Source: Brevundimonas sp.
GTDB taxonomy: Bacteria; Pseudomonadota; Alphaproteobacteria; Caulobacterales; Caulobacteraceae
Direction of reading: 5' to 3'
DNA: 64,000 nt
Assembly: GCF_036677305.1 (NCBI RefSeq)
Contig: NZ_JAKFEB010000175.1
Coordinates: 336 to 64,335, forward strand
This document shows positions 28,314 to 37,389 of this stretch, in pieces (positions within the stretch are counted from its first letter, which is position 1; the number at the start of each line of letters is the position of its first letter). Made by a program: the position numbers and the translations under genes. Under the pieces are notes generated by a model. The model ran no database searches. It had not been told where the DNA came from and saw only the letters and a list, made by a program, of their open reading frames with translations.

Positions 28314-29081
28314 ATGACGCTCACCCCGCCCCCGCCCTCGTTCCGGCTCGACGGCAAAAGAGCGCTCGTCACGGGAGCGGGGCGCGGTATCGGCGCCGCC
28401 GCCGCGGCTGTCTTCGCCCAGGCCGGCGCGGCCGTCACCCTGTGCGCCCGGACGGCTTCGGAGCTCGAGGCCCGGGTCGCGGAAATCCGTGACGCGGGAT
28501 TCGATGCTGACGCCTTCGTCCTCGATGTGAACGACATCGCCGCCGTTCGCCACGAGATAGAGGCGCGCGGCCCGTTCGACATCCTGCTCAACAATGCGGG
28601 CATCAACCGCATCCGGTCCCTCGTGGACGTGACGGAGGAAGACTACGACGCCGTCCTGAACGTCAATCTCAAGGCCGCCCTGTTCGTCGCCCAGGCGGTG
28701 GCGAAAGGGCTGCTGGACGCCAGGAAGCCCGGTTCGATCATCAATGTCTCGTCGCAGATGGGCCACGTGGGAGGCGGCGGCCGCTCGCTCTACAGCGCCT
28801 CGAAATGGGGGCTCGAAGGTCTGACCCGCTGCATGGCGATCGATCTCGCGCCCCACGGCATTCGGGTGAACACCATCTGCCCGACATTCATCGACACGGC
28901 CCTGACCCGCCCCATCCTGGACACTCCGGGCACGCGCGAACATGTCCTGAGCAGAATCAAGTTCGGGCGGCTCGGCCGCATGGAGGAGTTGACGGGTCCG
29001 CTTCTGCTGCTGGCGTCGGACGCCTCCAGCCTGATGACCGGAAGTTCGCTGATCGTCGACGGCGGCTGGACCGCGGGCTGA
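28314..29081 (+). CDS. Short-chain dehydrogenase/reductase (classical SDR)
   Basis: Within ORF 28146..29081, using the ATG at 28314 (MTLTPPPPSFRLDGKRALVTGAGRGIGAAAA). YSASK, NNAGIN. 4-bp gap after the preceding SDR. Confidence 0.85.
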   Translation: MTLTPPPPSFRLDGKRALVTGAGRGIGAAAAAVFAQAGAAVTLCARTASELEARVAEIRDAGFDADAFVLDVNDIAAVRHEIEARGPFDILLNNAGINRIRSLVDVTEEDYDAVLNVNLKAALFVAQAVAKGLLDARKPGSIINVSSQMGHVGGGGRSLYSASKWGLEGLTRCMAIDLAPHGIRVNTICPTFIDTALTRPILDTPGTREHVLSRIKFGRLGRMEELTGPLLLLASDASSLMTGSSLIVDGGWTAG

Positions 29082-29087
29082 GTTCGA

Positions 29088-32000
29088 TCATGCCCGCCGG
29101 GCGGTGACGGAAGCCTGCCCTTCAAGCCTCGGCAGAAGATGGCGAAACTCGCGGACGGCGCTCGGCCACATCTCGATCAGGCGGATCGCGAGCGGAGATC
29201 GGGTTTCGGCCGCGTGGCGCGCGACCAGCGTCCGAAGTCGCTCGGCCGCGTCCCCCGCAGGGACGCCGCTCACGATTGAGTCGCTGTTGACCCGGACAAG
29301 GGCGGTCCCGTCCGGATCATGGATGAAGGCCTCGCCGCCGGACATTCCGGCGCCGAAATTCCACCCTGTCGAGCCGAGGATCACGACCGTTCCACCCGTC
29401 ATGTATTCACAGCCGTGCGCGCCGCATCCCTCCACCACCGCTTCCGCGCCGGAGTTCCTGACCGCGAACCGCTCCCCCGCCGCGCCCGCCGCGAACAGGG
29501 CCCCGGAGGTGGCGCCGTACAGGCAGGTGTTTCCGATCAGGGCTTCTCCCGCGGCCCAGGCCGAGGGACGGACGATGACTTCAGCCCCCGACAGGCCCTT
29601 GCCGACATAGTCGTTCGCCTCGCCGTCCAGTTCGATACGCAGGCCCGCAACGCCCCAGGCGGCCAGCGACTGCCCCGCCGCCCCGCGCAGCTTCAATGTC
29701 AGGTGACCCGCCGGCAGGGTCGAACCGTAGCGGCGGACGATATGCGATGAAATCCGGGCGCCGATGGCCCTCTGGGTATTGGCCACGGCATAGGTCAGCG
29801 ACATCTTTTCGCGCTGGTCCAGGAAGCCCGCCGCGTCCTCGACGATCCGCGCGTCCAGCGTGTCAGGCACGGCGTTCCAGGGCGGCTCGGCGCAGCGCGT
29901 CTCGCCCTCCCCGACCCGGACGAGCAGCGGGTTCAGATCGAGGTCGTCCAGATGGGCGTCGCCGCGCGACACCTGGCGAAGAAGGTCGGTGCGGCCCACC
30001 GCTTCATCGAGGGACCGCAGGCCCAGGGAGGCGAGCACCTCGCGGGTCTCCTCGGCGATGAAGCTGAACAGGTTGACCACCTTCTCCGGCGTCCCGGTGA
30101 ACATGGCGCGCAGTCGTTCGTCCTGGACGCAGACCCCGACCGGACAGGTGTTGGAATGACACTGACGCACCATCAGGCAGCCGACGGCGATCAGGCTGGC
30201 CGTGCCGATGCCGAACTCCTCGGCCCCCAGCATGGCGGCGATGACGATGTCCCGGCCGGTCCGAAGACCGCCGTCGGTGCGCAGCCGGACACGGCCGCGC
30301 AGACCGTTCAGGCTCAGCACCTGATGCGCCTCGGACAGACCCAACTCCCAGGGCAGTCCCGCATGTTTGATCGACCCGAGCGCCGAGGCGCCCGTGCCGC
30401 CGTTGTGGCCGGCGATCAGGATCACGTCCGCCTTGGCCTTGGCCACGCCCGCCGCGACCGCGCCGATGCCCGACTGGGCCACCAGCTTGACCGTCACCCG
30501 CGCGTCCGGATTGACCTGTTTCAGGTCGTAGATCAGTTGGGCCAGGTCCTCGATCGAATAGATGTCATGATGCGGCGGCGGGCTGATCAGGCCGACGCCC
30601 GGCGTCGAATGGCGCATCCGGGCGATGAATTCGGTGACCTTGAAACCGGGAATCTGGCCGCCCTCGCCGGGCTTGGCGCCCTGGGCCACCTTGATCTCGA
30701 TCTCGCGGCACTGGTTCAGATATTCGGCGGTGACGCCGAACCGGCCGGATGCGATCTGTTTGACCGCGCTGTTGGCGTTGTCGCCGTTGGGGCGCGGCGC
30801 ATAGCGCTCGGGGTCTTCTCCGCCCTCGCCGGAGACGGACCGCGCGCCGATGCGGTTCATGGCGATGTTCAGCGTCTCGTGCGCCTCGGGAGACAGGGCG
30901 CCCAGCGACATTCCGGGCGTAACGAACCGGCGGCGGATATCGTTGACGCTCTCTACCTCGTCGACGGCGACCGGAACGGCGTCCCGGAAATCGAGCAGGT
31001 CCCGGAGCGCGGTTGACGGCAGTTCACGCGCCCGGCGGCTGTAGGCCTTGTATCGCCCGTAGTCGCCGCGCGTGGTGGCGTCCTGCAAACGGTGGATCAG
31101 TTCCGCGTCCCAGCCGTGGGTTTCCTCGCCCGCCCGGATGCGATGCGCGCCGCCGATGCGCAGCGCCGGGCGCCAGGCCTCGAAGCCCCGCGCCGTCTTG
31201 CGGGTGACCTGGGCCTCGATCCCGGCCAGGCCGATGCCCGAGATGCGCGAGGTCATGCCCGGGAAGAATTCGGCCACGAGCGCGCGGCTCAGCCCCAGCG
31301 CCTCGAATTCGCACGCCCCGCGATAGGCCGAGATGACCGAGATGCCCTTCTTGGCGAGAATCTTCATCAGCCCGGCCTCGACCGCGGCCTTGTGGTTCAG
31401 GCAGGCGTCGCGAAGCGTCAGTCCCGGATAACGCCCGCCGGCCAGCCGCTCGAGGAAGGTCTCCTGGGCCAGCCAGCCGTTGACCGCCGTCGCCCCGCAT
31501 CCGACCAGGACCGCGAATGTGTGGGCGTCGATCGCCTCGGCCGCGCGCACCACCAGCGAGCAGAAGGTGCGCAACCCTTCGTCGACCAGCCGGCCGTGCA
31601 CGGCGGCCGTGGCCAGGATCATGGGGATCAGCGGCCGCCCCTCCCCCATCCGTTCGTCGGTCAGCACGATCAGGCCCGCGCCGCTCTTAGCCGCCGCCAC
31701 CGCCTCGTCGCGGATGCGGTCCAGCGCCTGTTTCAGGGCGCCGTCCCCGGCAGGGAAGGTGCAGTCGATGACCGTCGTCGCCCCGGCTCCGACCACTTCC
31801 AGCATCCGCTCGTACATGCCCGTCGTGAGCACCGGGCTGTCCAGAACGAAGACCTGCGTCTGGGTCTCGTCCTGGGCGAGGATATTGCCGAGGTTCTTGA
31901 ACCGCGTCCGCAGGCTCATCGCCCCCGCTTCACGCAGCGAGTCGATCGGCGGGTTGGTGACCTGGGCGAAGGCCTGGCGGAAATAGTGGGCGAAGGGCCG

Positions 32001-33551
32001 ATCCTGATGCGACAGGACGGCGGGCGGCGTATCGTCGCCCATGGAGGCGACCGCCTCCTTGCCCTCTCCGGCCATCGGATCCAGCAGTGTGTCGATGTCC
32101 TCCTGGGTCCAGCCGACGGCGGCCTGGAAGCGGGTCAGCCCCTCGCCCGACAGCCGGCGCGGCTCGGGTCCCGGACCGATCATCGGCTCGAGTTCGACCA
32201 TGTTCGACAGCCACTGGCGGTACGGCAGGGCCGCCGCCAGCCGGTCGACGGTCCGGGTCTCGTCGTAGAGAACGCCGGCCTCCAGATCGACGGAGATCAT
32301 CCGCCCGCCGCCGATGTGCAGTCGGCGCTTGATCCGGTCGTCGGCGACGCCCGTCATTCCGACTTCGGAGCCGCAGATCAGCAGGCCGTCCACCGTCTCG
32401 GCCACCCGCAGCGGGCGCAGGCCGTTGCGGTCCTTGCCCGCGACCACCCAGCGGCCGTCGGTGGCGCAGATCGCGGCCGGCCCGTCCCATGGCTCCATCA
32501 CCGCGTTGCAGTAGGCGTAGAGGGCCCGATGATCGTCGCTGATCACGCCCTCGATCGGCGCCTCGGGAATGAGCAGGGCCTTGACCATGGGGGCGGGCCG
32601 TCCGGCGCGGACCAGAACCTCGAACACATTGTCCAGCGCCGCCGAGTCCGACCCCCCCGCCTGGATCACCGGCTTGACCGTCGCGTCGTCGGCGCCGAAG
32701 GCCTCGGCCGTCATGCGGATCTCGTGACTGCGCATCCAGCCGGCGTTGCCGCGCAGGGTGTTGATCTCGCCGTTGTGGGCCAGCATCCGGAACGGCTGGG
32801 CCAGCCGCCATTCGGGGAAGGTGTTGGTCGAATATCGCTGATGGAACAGGGCCACATTGGCCTCGACCCGCGGGTCGTTCAGGTCCGGATAGAAGTCCGC
32901 CAGCGCCTGGGCCAGCATCATCCCCTTGTAGATGACCGACCGCGCCGACAGCGAGCAGACATAGAAATGCTGCAGCCCCGCCGCCGTCGCCCGCGCCTCG
33001 ATCCGGCGGCGCAGCAGGTACAGGGCCCGCTCCAGTTCCTCGCCGTCCAGACCCTCGGGCGCGCTGAGCATGATCTGCTCGATCTCCGGCCGGGTCGCGG
33101 CGGCGCGCTGGCCCAGCACGGAGACATGGGTCGGCACCTGACGCCAGCCGTACAGCCAGAAGCCGGCCGCCATCACCTCGCGCTCGACGATGGTCCGGGC
33201 CCGCTCCTGGGCGGCCAGATCGACGCGCGGCAGGAAGATCATGCCCACGGCGATGGGTCCCCGCCGCGGCTCATGCCCGGCGTCGCGCACCTGGCTCTCG
33301 AAGAAGGCGCGCGGCAAGCCGATCAGGATGCCGGCCCCGTCGCCGGACTTGCCGTCGGCGTCAACCGCGCCCCGGTGCCAGACGGCCTTCAACGCCTTCA
33401 GCGCCAGATCGACGACTTCGCGACGCGGCTTGCCGTCGATGGCGGCGACCAGACCGACCCCGCAGGCGTCACGTTCGGACGCGGGATCATAGGCGTGGCC
33501 GTCGATCAGCCGCTGGCGGGCCGCCAGGTATTGTTCGGGATCGAAGGTCAT
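29088..33551 (-). CDS. gltB: Glutamate synthase (NADPH) large subunit
   Basis: Within ORF 29088..33947. The ATG at 33551 (MTFDPEQYLAARQRL) overlaps the gltD stop (ATGA). Ntn-amidotransferase Cys in ERDACGVGLVA, CHSNTCPVGV cluster region, 1487 aa. Confidence 0.95.
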   Translation of the reverse strand: MTFDPEQYLAARQRLIDGHAYDPASERDACGVGLVAAIDGKPRREVVDLALKALKAVWHRGAVDADGKSGDGAGILIGLPRAFFESQVRDAGHEPRRGPIAVGMIFLPRVDLAAQERARTIVEREVMAAGFWLYGWRQVPTHVSVLGQRAAATRPEIEQIMLSAPEGLDGEELERALYLLRRRIEARATAAGLQHFYVCSLSARSVIYKGMMLAQALADFYPDLNDPRVEANVALFHQRYSTNTFPEWRLAQPFRMLAHNGEINTLRGNAGWMRSHEIRMTAEAFGADDATVKPVIQAGGSDSAALDNVFEVLVRAGRPAPMVKALLIPEAPIEGVISDDHRALYAYCNAVMEPWDGPAAICATDGRWVVAGKDRNGLRPLRVAETVDGLLICGSEVGMTGVADDRIKRRLHIGGGRMISVDLEAGVLYDETRTVDRLAAALPYRQWLSNMVELEPMIGPGPEPRRLSGEGLTRFQAAVGWTQEDIDTLLDPMAGEGKEAVASMGDDTPPAVLSHQDRPFAHYFRQAFAQVTNPPIDSLREAGAMSLRTRFKNLGNILAQDETQTQVFVLDSPVLTTGMYERMLEVVGAGATTVIDCTFPAGDGALKQALDRIRDEAVAAAKSGAGLIVLTDERMGEGRPLIPMILATAAVHGRLVDEGLRTFCSLVVRAAEAIDAHTFAVLVGCGATAVNGWLAQETFLERLAGGRYPGLTLRDACLNHKAAVEAGLMKILAKKGISVISAYRGACEFEALGLSRALVAEFFPGMTSRISGIGLAGIEAQVTRKTARGFEAWRPALRIGGAHRIRAGEETHGWDAELIHRLQDATTRGDYGRYKAYSRRARELPSTALRDLLDFRDAVPVAVDEVESVNDIRRRFVTPGMSLGALSPEAHETLNIAMNRIGARSVSGEGGEDPERYAPRPNGDNANSAVKQIASGRFGVTAEYLNQCREIEIKVAQGAKPGEGGQIPGFKVTEFIARMRHSTPGVGLISPPPHHDIYSIEDLAQLIYDLKQVNPDARVTVKLVAQSGIGAVAAGVAKAKADVILIAGHNGGTGASALGSIKHAGLPWELGLSEAHQVLSLNGLRGRVRLRTDGGLRTGRDIVIAAMLGAEEFGIGTASLIAVGCLMVRQCHSNTCPVGVCVQDERLRAMFTGTPEKVVNLFSFIAEETREVLASLGLRSLDEAVGRTDLLRQVSRGDAHLDDLDLNPLLVRVGEGETRCAEPPWNAVPDTLDARIVEDAAGFLDQREKMSLTYAVANTQRAIGARISSHIVRRYGSTLPAGHLTLKLRGAAGQSLAAWGVAGLRIELDGEANDYVGKGLSGAEVIVRPSAWAAGEALIGNTCLYGATSGALFAAGAAGERFAVRNSGAEAVVEGCGAHGCEYMTGGTVVILGSTGWNFGAGMSGGEAFIHDPDGTALVRVNSDSIVSGVPAGDAAERLRTLVARHAAETRSPLAIRLIEMWPSAVREFRHLLPRLEGQASVTARRA

Positions 33552-34981
33552 GCCGCCGCCCTCTGGCGGCTGGTCAACCAGGCGTCGATCTCGGCCGCCG
33601 CGTCCTGTCCGTCCCGCACCGCCCACACCACCAACGAGGCCCCGCGGACGATGTCGCCGGCGGCGAACACGCCTTCGAGGGTCGTCGCCTTCGTATGGCC
33701 CGCGGTGCGGATCGTCCGCCATTCGGTCAGGGCCAGATCGGGCTCGGAGAACAGGTCCGGCATGTCCTCGGGATCGAAGCCCAGGGCCTCGATCACCAGA
33801 TCGGCGGCGAGGTCGAACTCGCCGCCCGGAACCGGCTCGACGCTCCAGCGGCCATCGACCGACTGCGCCGCCAGCGCCATCCGCTGGGCCCGCACGCCGG
33901 TCACCCGCTCGGCCTCGCCCAGCACGGCGCGCGGCGCGGCCAGCCATTCGAAGACCACGCCCTCCTCCTCGGCGTTGGCGACCTCGCGCGCGCTGCCCGG
34001 CATATTGTCCCGGTCGCGGCGATACAGGCAGGTCACCGAGACCGCGCCCTGCCGTACGGCGGTGCGCACGCAGTCCATGGCCGTATCACCGCCGCCGATC
34101 ACCACCACCCGCTTGCCCGAGGCGTTCAGGACCCCGCCGTCAAAGGCCGGCACGGCGTCGCCGAACCCCTTCCGGTTGGAGGCGATCAGATAGTCGAGCG
34201 CCGCGACCACGCCGTCAGACCCGCACCCGGGCGCCGTCAGCCGCCGCGCCTGATAGACGCCCGTCGCCACCAGCACCGCATCATGGGCCGCCCGCACCTC
34301 GGCGAACGGCAGATCTCCGCCGACGTCCACGCCCAGCCGGAACTCGACGCCGCCATCGGCCAATCGGTCCAGCCGTCGCCGGACCACGTGCTTCTCCAGC
34401 TTGAAGCCGGGAATGCCATAGGTGAGCAGGCCGCCCGCCCGGTCGTGGCGGTCGTAGACGGTCACCGCATAGCCGGCCGACCGCAGCCGGTCCGCAGCGG
34501 CCATCCCGGCCGGTCCCGCGCCGACGATTCCGACGGAGGTCCCGCGCTCGATCCGCGGCCGGATCGGATCGACCCAGCCGTTCTCGAAGGCCATGTCGCC
34601 CAGCCAGCGTTCGACCGAGCCGATGGTCACCGTTTCCCAGCCCGCCTGCTCCAGGGTGCAACTGCCTTCGCACAGCCGGTCCTGCGGACAGATGCGGCCG
34701 CAGATCTCCGGCAGGGTCGAGGTGGCTTCGGCCTGTCGCCAGGCCTCTTCGGCCCGGCCTTCTGCAGCCAGCTTCAGCCAGTCGGGGATGTTGTTCTGCA
34801 GCGGGCAGCCGGTCTGGCAGAAGGGCACGCCGCACTGGGCGCAACGGCTCGACTGGCCCGCCCCGGCGACGGGGGTGAAGTCCGCATAGATCTCGTCGAA
34901 TCCGCGCACCCGGTCGGCGGCTCCGGCCTTGGCCGGGCCGGTCCTCGGAGTCACGACAAAGGTCTGGTTCACGGACGCCAC
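33548..34981 (-). CDS. gltD: Glutamate synthase (NADPH) small subunit
   Basis: ORF track, 477 aa. Fe-S motif CAQCGVPFCQTGCP...CGRICPQDRLCEGSC, and IVGAGPAGMAAAD. Confidence 0.95.
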   Translation of the reverse strand: MASVNQTFVVTPRTGPAKAGAADRVRGFDEIYADFTPVAGAGQSSRCAQCGVPFCQTGCPLQNNIPDWLKLAAEGRAEEAWRQAEATSTLPEICGRICPQDRLCEGSCTLEQAGWETVTIGSVERWLGDMAFENGWVDPIRPRIERGTSVGIVGAGPAGMAAADRLRSAGYAVTVYDRHDRAGGLLTYGIPGFKLEKHVVRRRLDRLADGGVEFRLGVDVGGDLPFAEVRAAHDAVLVATGVYQARRLTAPGCGSDGVVAALDYLIASNRKGFGDAVPAFDGGVLNASGKRVVVIGGGDTAMDCVRTAVRQGAVSVTCLYRRDRDNMPGSAREVANAEEEGVVFEWLAAPRAVLGEAERVTGVRAQRMALAAQSVDGRWSVEPVPGGEFDLAADLVIEALGFDPEDMPDLFSEPDLALTEWRTIRTAGHTKATTLEGVFAAGDIVRGASLVVWAVRDGQDAAAEIDAWLTSRQRAAA

Positions 34982-35028
34982 ATCGATCCCTTCGCTATCG
35001 CACAGGGCTTAGGGTCAGGAACGAGATG

Positions 35029-35044
35029 TGGCAACTTCCGTGCA
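35029..35044 (+). promoter_or_regulatory. Sigma54-type -24/-12 element on the plus strand (orphan orientation)
   Basis: TGGCAACTTCCGTGCA matches TGGCAC-N5-TTGCA at the GG and GC dinucleotides with canonical spacing. It points away from gltD and into the 3' end of the antisense outer-membrane gene. Confidence 0.3.
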
Positions 35045-35082
35045 ACATATGCAGCAGAAGCCCCCGCGGGTGCAAAAATATG

Positions 35083-35117
35083 CCGGTCAGGCGCCGAAAA
35101 TCATAACGCCTGACCGG
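35083..35117 (-). terminator. Rho-independent terminator after the Gcw_chp outer-membrane gene (structurally bidirectional)
   Basis: CCGGTCAGGCG-13 nt-CGCCTGACCGG is a perfect 11-bp stem. The minus strand continues CATATTTTTGCA. The plus strand continues TCTGGTTTGTG. Confidence 0.75.
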
Positions 35118-35136
35118 TCTGGTTTGTGCGGCGCAT

Positions 35137-35817
35137 TCAGAAGAGGACCTTGATTCCGGCCACGCCGCGCGAGTCGGACAACGGGCCGTCCACGTCAGTG
35201 TCGTAGTACCGGACATCAATCGCCACGTGTTCGGTGACGGCGTAGCCGGCCCCGAGATTCCACGTCGCATAGTCGTCGTTCACGTCCAGCCACTGATGGC
35301 CGACCGCGCCCGATACGGTCCATTTTTCGGCCGGCGTGAAGGCGACGCTGCCTTCGGCGTAAGTCGCTTCCTCGTCCAGGCCGAAGAAGTCCGGCGACCA
35401 GTAGAGCGCCGCCCCGAACGTCGCCGGCCCCACGGCGCGCGACGCCGCGGCCTTGAACTCCAGGAAGTCGTAGTCGGCGCCGTCCGGCGCGTTGACATAG
35501 CCATAGCCGATCGCTCCCACGTCGAAAGCGAAGCCCCCGGCCTCGCCGCGGAAGCCGCCGTAGAGGTCCACCTCGGCGTCGGTGTCATCGCCGAAATCGA
35601 CGCTGGACGCCCAGGCCCCGACGTAGAAGGCGCCGATCGTGACGTCCACGCCGCCCTGGATGGCGGGCTCTTCGTCCGTCTGGCTGAAGCCGCGGAAGAC
35701 ATAGTCGCTGACCACCCCGACGTTCCAGGCCGCCTCGGGCGCGGACTGGGCGGCGGCGGCCCCGGCGGTCAGCAGGGCGGCCGCAGCGACCGCGCAGGCG
35801 AAAGCTGATCTCATCAT
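35137..35817 (-). CDS. Gcw_chp/TIGR02001-family outer-membrane beta-barrel protein
   Basis: ORF track, 226 aa. Signal peptide MMRSAFACAVAAAALLTAGAAAAQ, family-typical SDYVFRGFSQTDEEPAIQGG, terminal aromatic (KVLF). Lies between amtB and gltD. Confidence 0.7.
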   Translation of the reverse strand: MMRSAFACAVAAAALLTAGAAAAQSAPEAAWNVGVVSDYVFRGFSQTDEEPAIQGGVDVTIGAFYVGAWASSVDFGDDTDAEVDLYGGFRGEAGGFAFDVGAIGYGYVNAPDGADYDFLEFKAAASRAVGPATFGAALYWSPDFFGLDEEATYAEGSVAFTPAEKWTVSGAVGHQWLDVNDDYATWNLGAGYAVTEHVAIDVRYYDTDVDGPLSDSRGVAGIKVLF

Positions 35818-35905
35818 CGTATCCCCTTGTTATCGATGGCTGTTCGAGACTCACGCCTACTGGGCGACGGCGCGGAGGGGAGGCTTCGCGCCGGCTGTGG
35901 TTCGG

Positions 35906-37267
35906 TCAGACCCCCTCCATCACCTCGCCGTGCAGATGCCCGTCCAGACCTTCGACCTCCTGCATGGCGGAGACCCGAAGACCGGTCGTGAACTTGCAGA
36001 CGATGAGGATCAGGAAGGTGACGACGGCGCTCCAGCCGATCGTCACGCCCAGACCCCAGAGCTGTTTGGCGACCGTCGCGCCCTCCGCCACGCCGTTGAC
36101 GGCGGCCGAGGCGAAGACGCCGGTCAGAACCGCGCCCAGGATGCCGCCGGCGCCGTGGATGCCGAAGGCGTCCAGGCTGTCGTCATAGCGCAGCAATTTC
36201 TTGATCCAGACCGAGGCCGCGTAGCAGACCGGGCCCGAGGCCAGCCCGATGATCACCGCCCCTTTCGGATCGACCAGACCCGCAGCGGGCGTGATGGCGA
36301 CCAGGCCGGCGATCAGGCCCGAAAGCACGCCGATCAGCGACGGCTTCCGCTTCTCCATGATCTCGACGATCTTCCAGGTCAGGGAGCCGGCCATGGCGGC
36401 CAGGATGGTGTTCAGAATGGCGACCGAGGCGATCGAGTCCGCGGTCCAGGCCGAGCCGGCGTTGAAGCCGATCCAGCCGACCAGCAGCAGCGAGGCGCCG
36501 ATCATGGTCAGCACCGGATTGTGGGCGACGATGCTCTCCTTGCCGTAGCCCTTCCGCGCGCCGAGGAAGATGGCGCAGACCAGACCGGCCACGCCCGCGT
36601 TGACGTGCACCACGGCGCCGCCGGCGAAATCCAGCACGCCCGCGGCGCCCAGGAAGCCGCCGCCCCATACCCAGTGACAGATCGGGGCGTAGACCAGCAG
36701 TGTCCACAGGCCGGTGAACAGCAGCAGGCCCGAATATTTGATGCGTTCCGCGAACGCCCCCGCGATCAGCGCAGGGGTGATGATGGCGAAGGTCAGCTGA
36801 TAGGCGATCCAGAGATATTCCGGCAGACCGGGCGTCAAACTGTGCGCCGTGGTCGGCGTCACGCCGTTCAGGAACAGCGACTGCAACGAGCCGATGTAGC
36901 TCTGCACCTCTTCGCCCGGGTAACCGCCGATCGGCTGGCCCACGCCGAACGACAGGCTGTAGCCCGCTATGAACCAGGCCAGGGTGACCACCGAGGCCAC
37001 GCCCAGCGACTGGGTGATTGTGGCGATGACGTTCTTGCGCCGGACCATGCCGCCGTAGAACAGGGCCAGACCCGGCAGGGTCATCAGCAGGACCAGGGCG
37101 GTCGATGTCAGGATCCAGCCCGTCGCCGCGCCGTCGAGGGCGAGCGTCGTCTGGTGCGCCAGAAGCGCGGCAGGCGGAGCGGCCGGCGCGGCGGCTGAAG
37201 CCGCGCCGGTCAGTCCGCTCGCCGTAAGGGTCAGAGCCGCCGCAAGTCCGATACGAAGTCGAGTCAT
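35906..37267 (-). CDS. amtB: Ammonium transporter
   Basis: Within ORF 35906..37339, using the ATG at 37267 (MTRLRIGLAAALTLTASGLTGAASAAAP, a signal peptide). Amt signatures FAGGAVVHVNAGVAGL and DDSLDAFGIHGAGGILG. Confidence 0.93.
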   Translation of the reverse strand: MTRLRIGLAAALTLTASGLTGAASAAAPAAPPAALLAHQTTLALDGAATGWILTSTALVLLMTLPGLALFYGGMVRRKNVIATITQSLGVASVVTLAWFIAGYSLSFGVGQPIGGYPGEEVQSYIGSLQSLFLNGVTPTTAHSLTPGLPEYLWIAYQLTFAIITPALIAGAFAERIKYSGLLLFTGLWTLLVYAPICHWVWGGGFLGAAGVLDFAGGAVVHVNAGVAGLVCAIFLGARKGYGKESIVAHNPVLTMIGASLLLVGWIGFNAGSAWTADSIASVAILNTILAAMAGSLTWKIVEIMEKRKPSLIGVLSGLIAGLVAITPAAGLVDPKGAVIIGLASGPVCYAASVWIKKLLRYDDSLDAFGIHGAGGILGAVLTGVFASAAVNGVAEGATVAKQLWGLGVTIGWSAVVTFLILIVCKFTTGLRVSAMQEVEGLDGHLHGEVMEGV

Positions 37268-37290
37268 GGGATCCCCCGGGCCAGCATTAC

Positions 37291-37323
37291 GCATGTGCGA
37301 AATGTTTACCGCATTTGCGAAAT
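37291..37323. repeat. Direct repeat GCATnTGCGAAAT x2, period 20 bp, in the amtB leader/promoter region
   Basis: GCATGTGCGAAAT (37291-37303) and GCATTTGCGAAAT (37311-37323) match at 12 of 13 positions. They lie 24-56 nt upstream of the amtB ATG. Confidence 0.35.
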
Positions 37324-37389
37324 AGACAAGTGGGCGCACGGCGTTTTATGGGACTTTTTTGCGGATTGTCCGGGAACTCTTCTTAATTC

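Noticed and set aside
33552-33947. N-terminal 132-aa extension of gltB (ORF 29088..33947)
   Set aside because: It is an Arg/Gly-rich extension overlapping the gltD 3' end. GltB must begin shortly before the Ntn Cys (…ERDACGVG), and the ATG at 33551 overlaps the gltD stop.
35060-35073. Near-palindrome GCCCCCGCGGGTGC as an RNA hairpin
   Set aside because: The loop would be only 2 nt and the stem has a mismatch, so it is not a viable stem-loop. It could be a protein site, but there is no supporting evidence.
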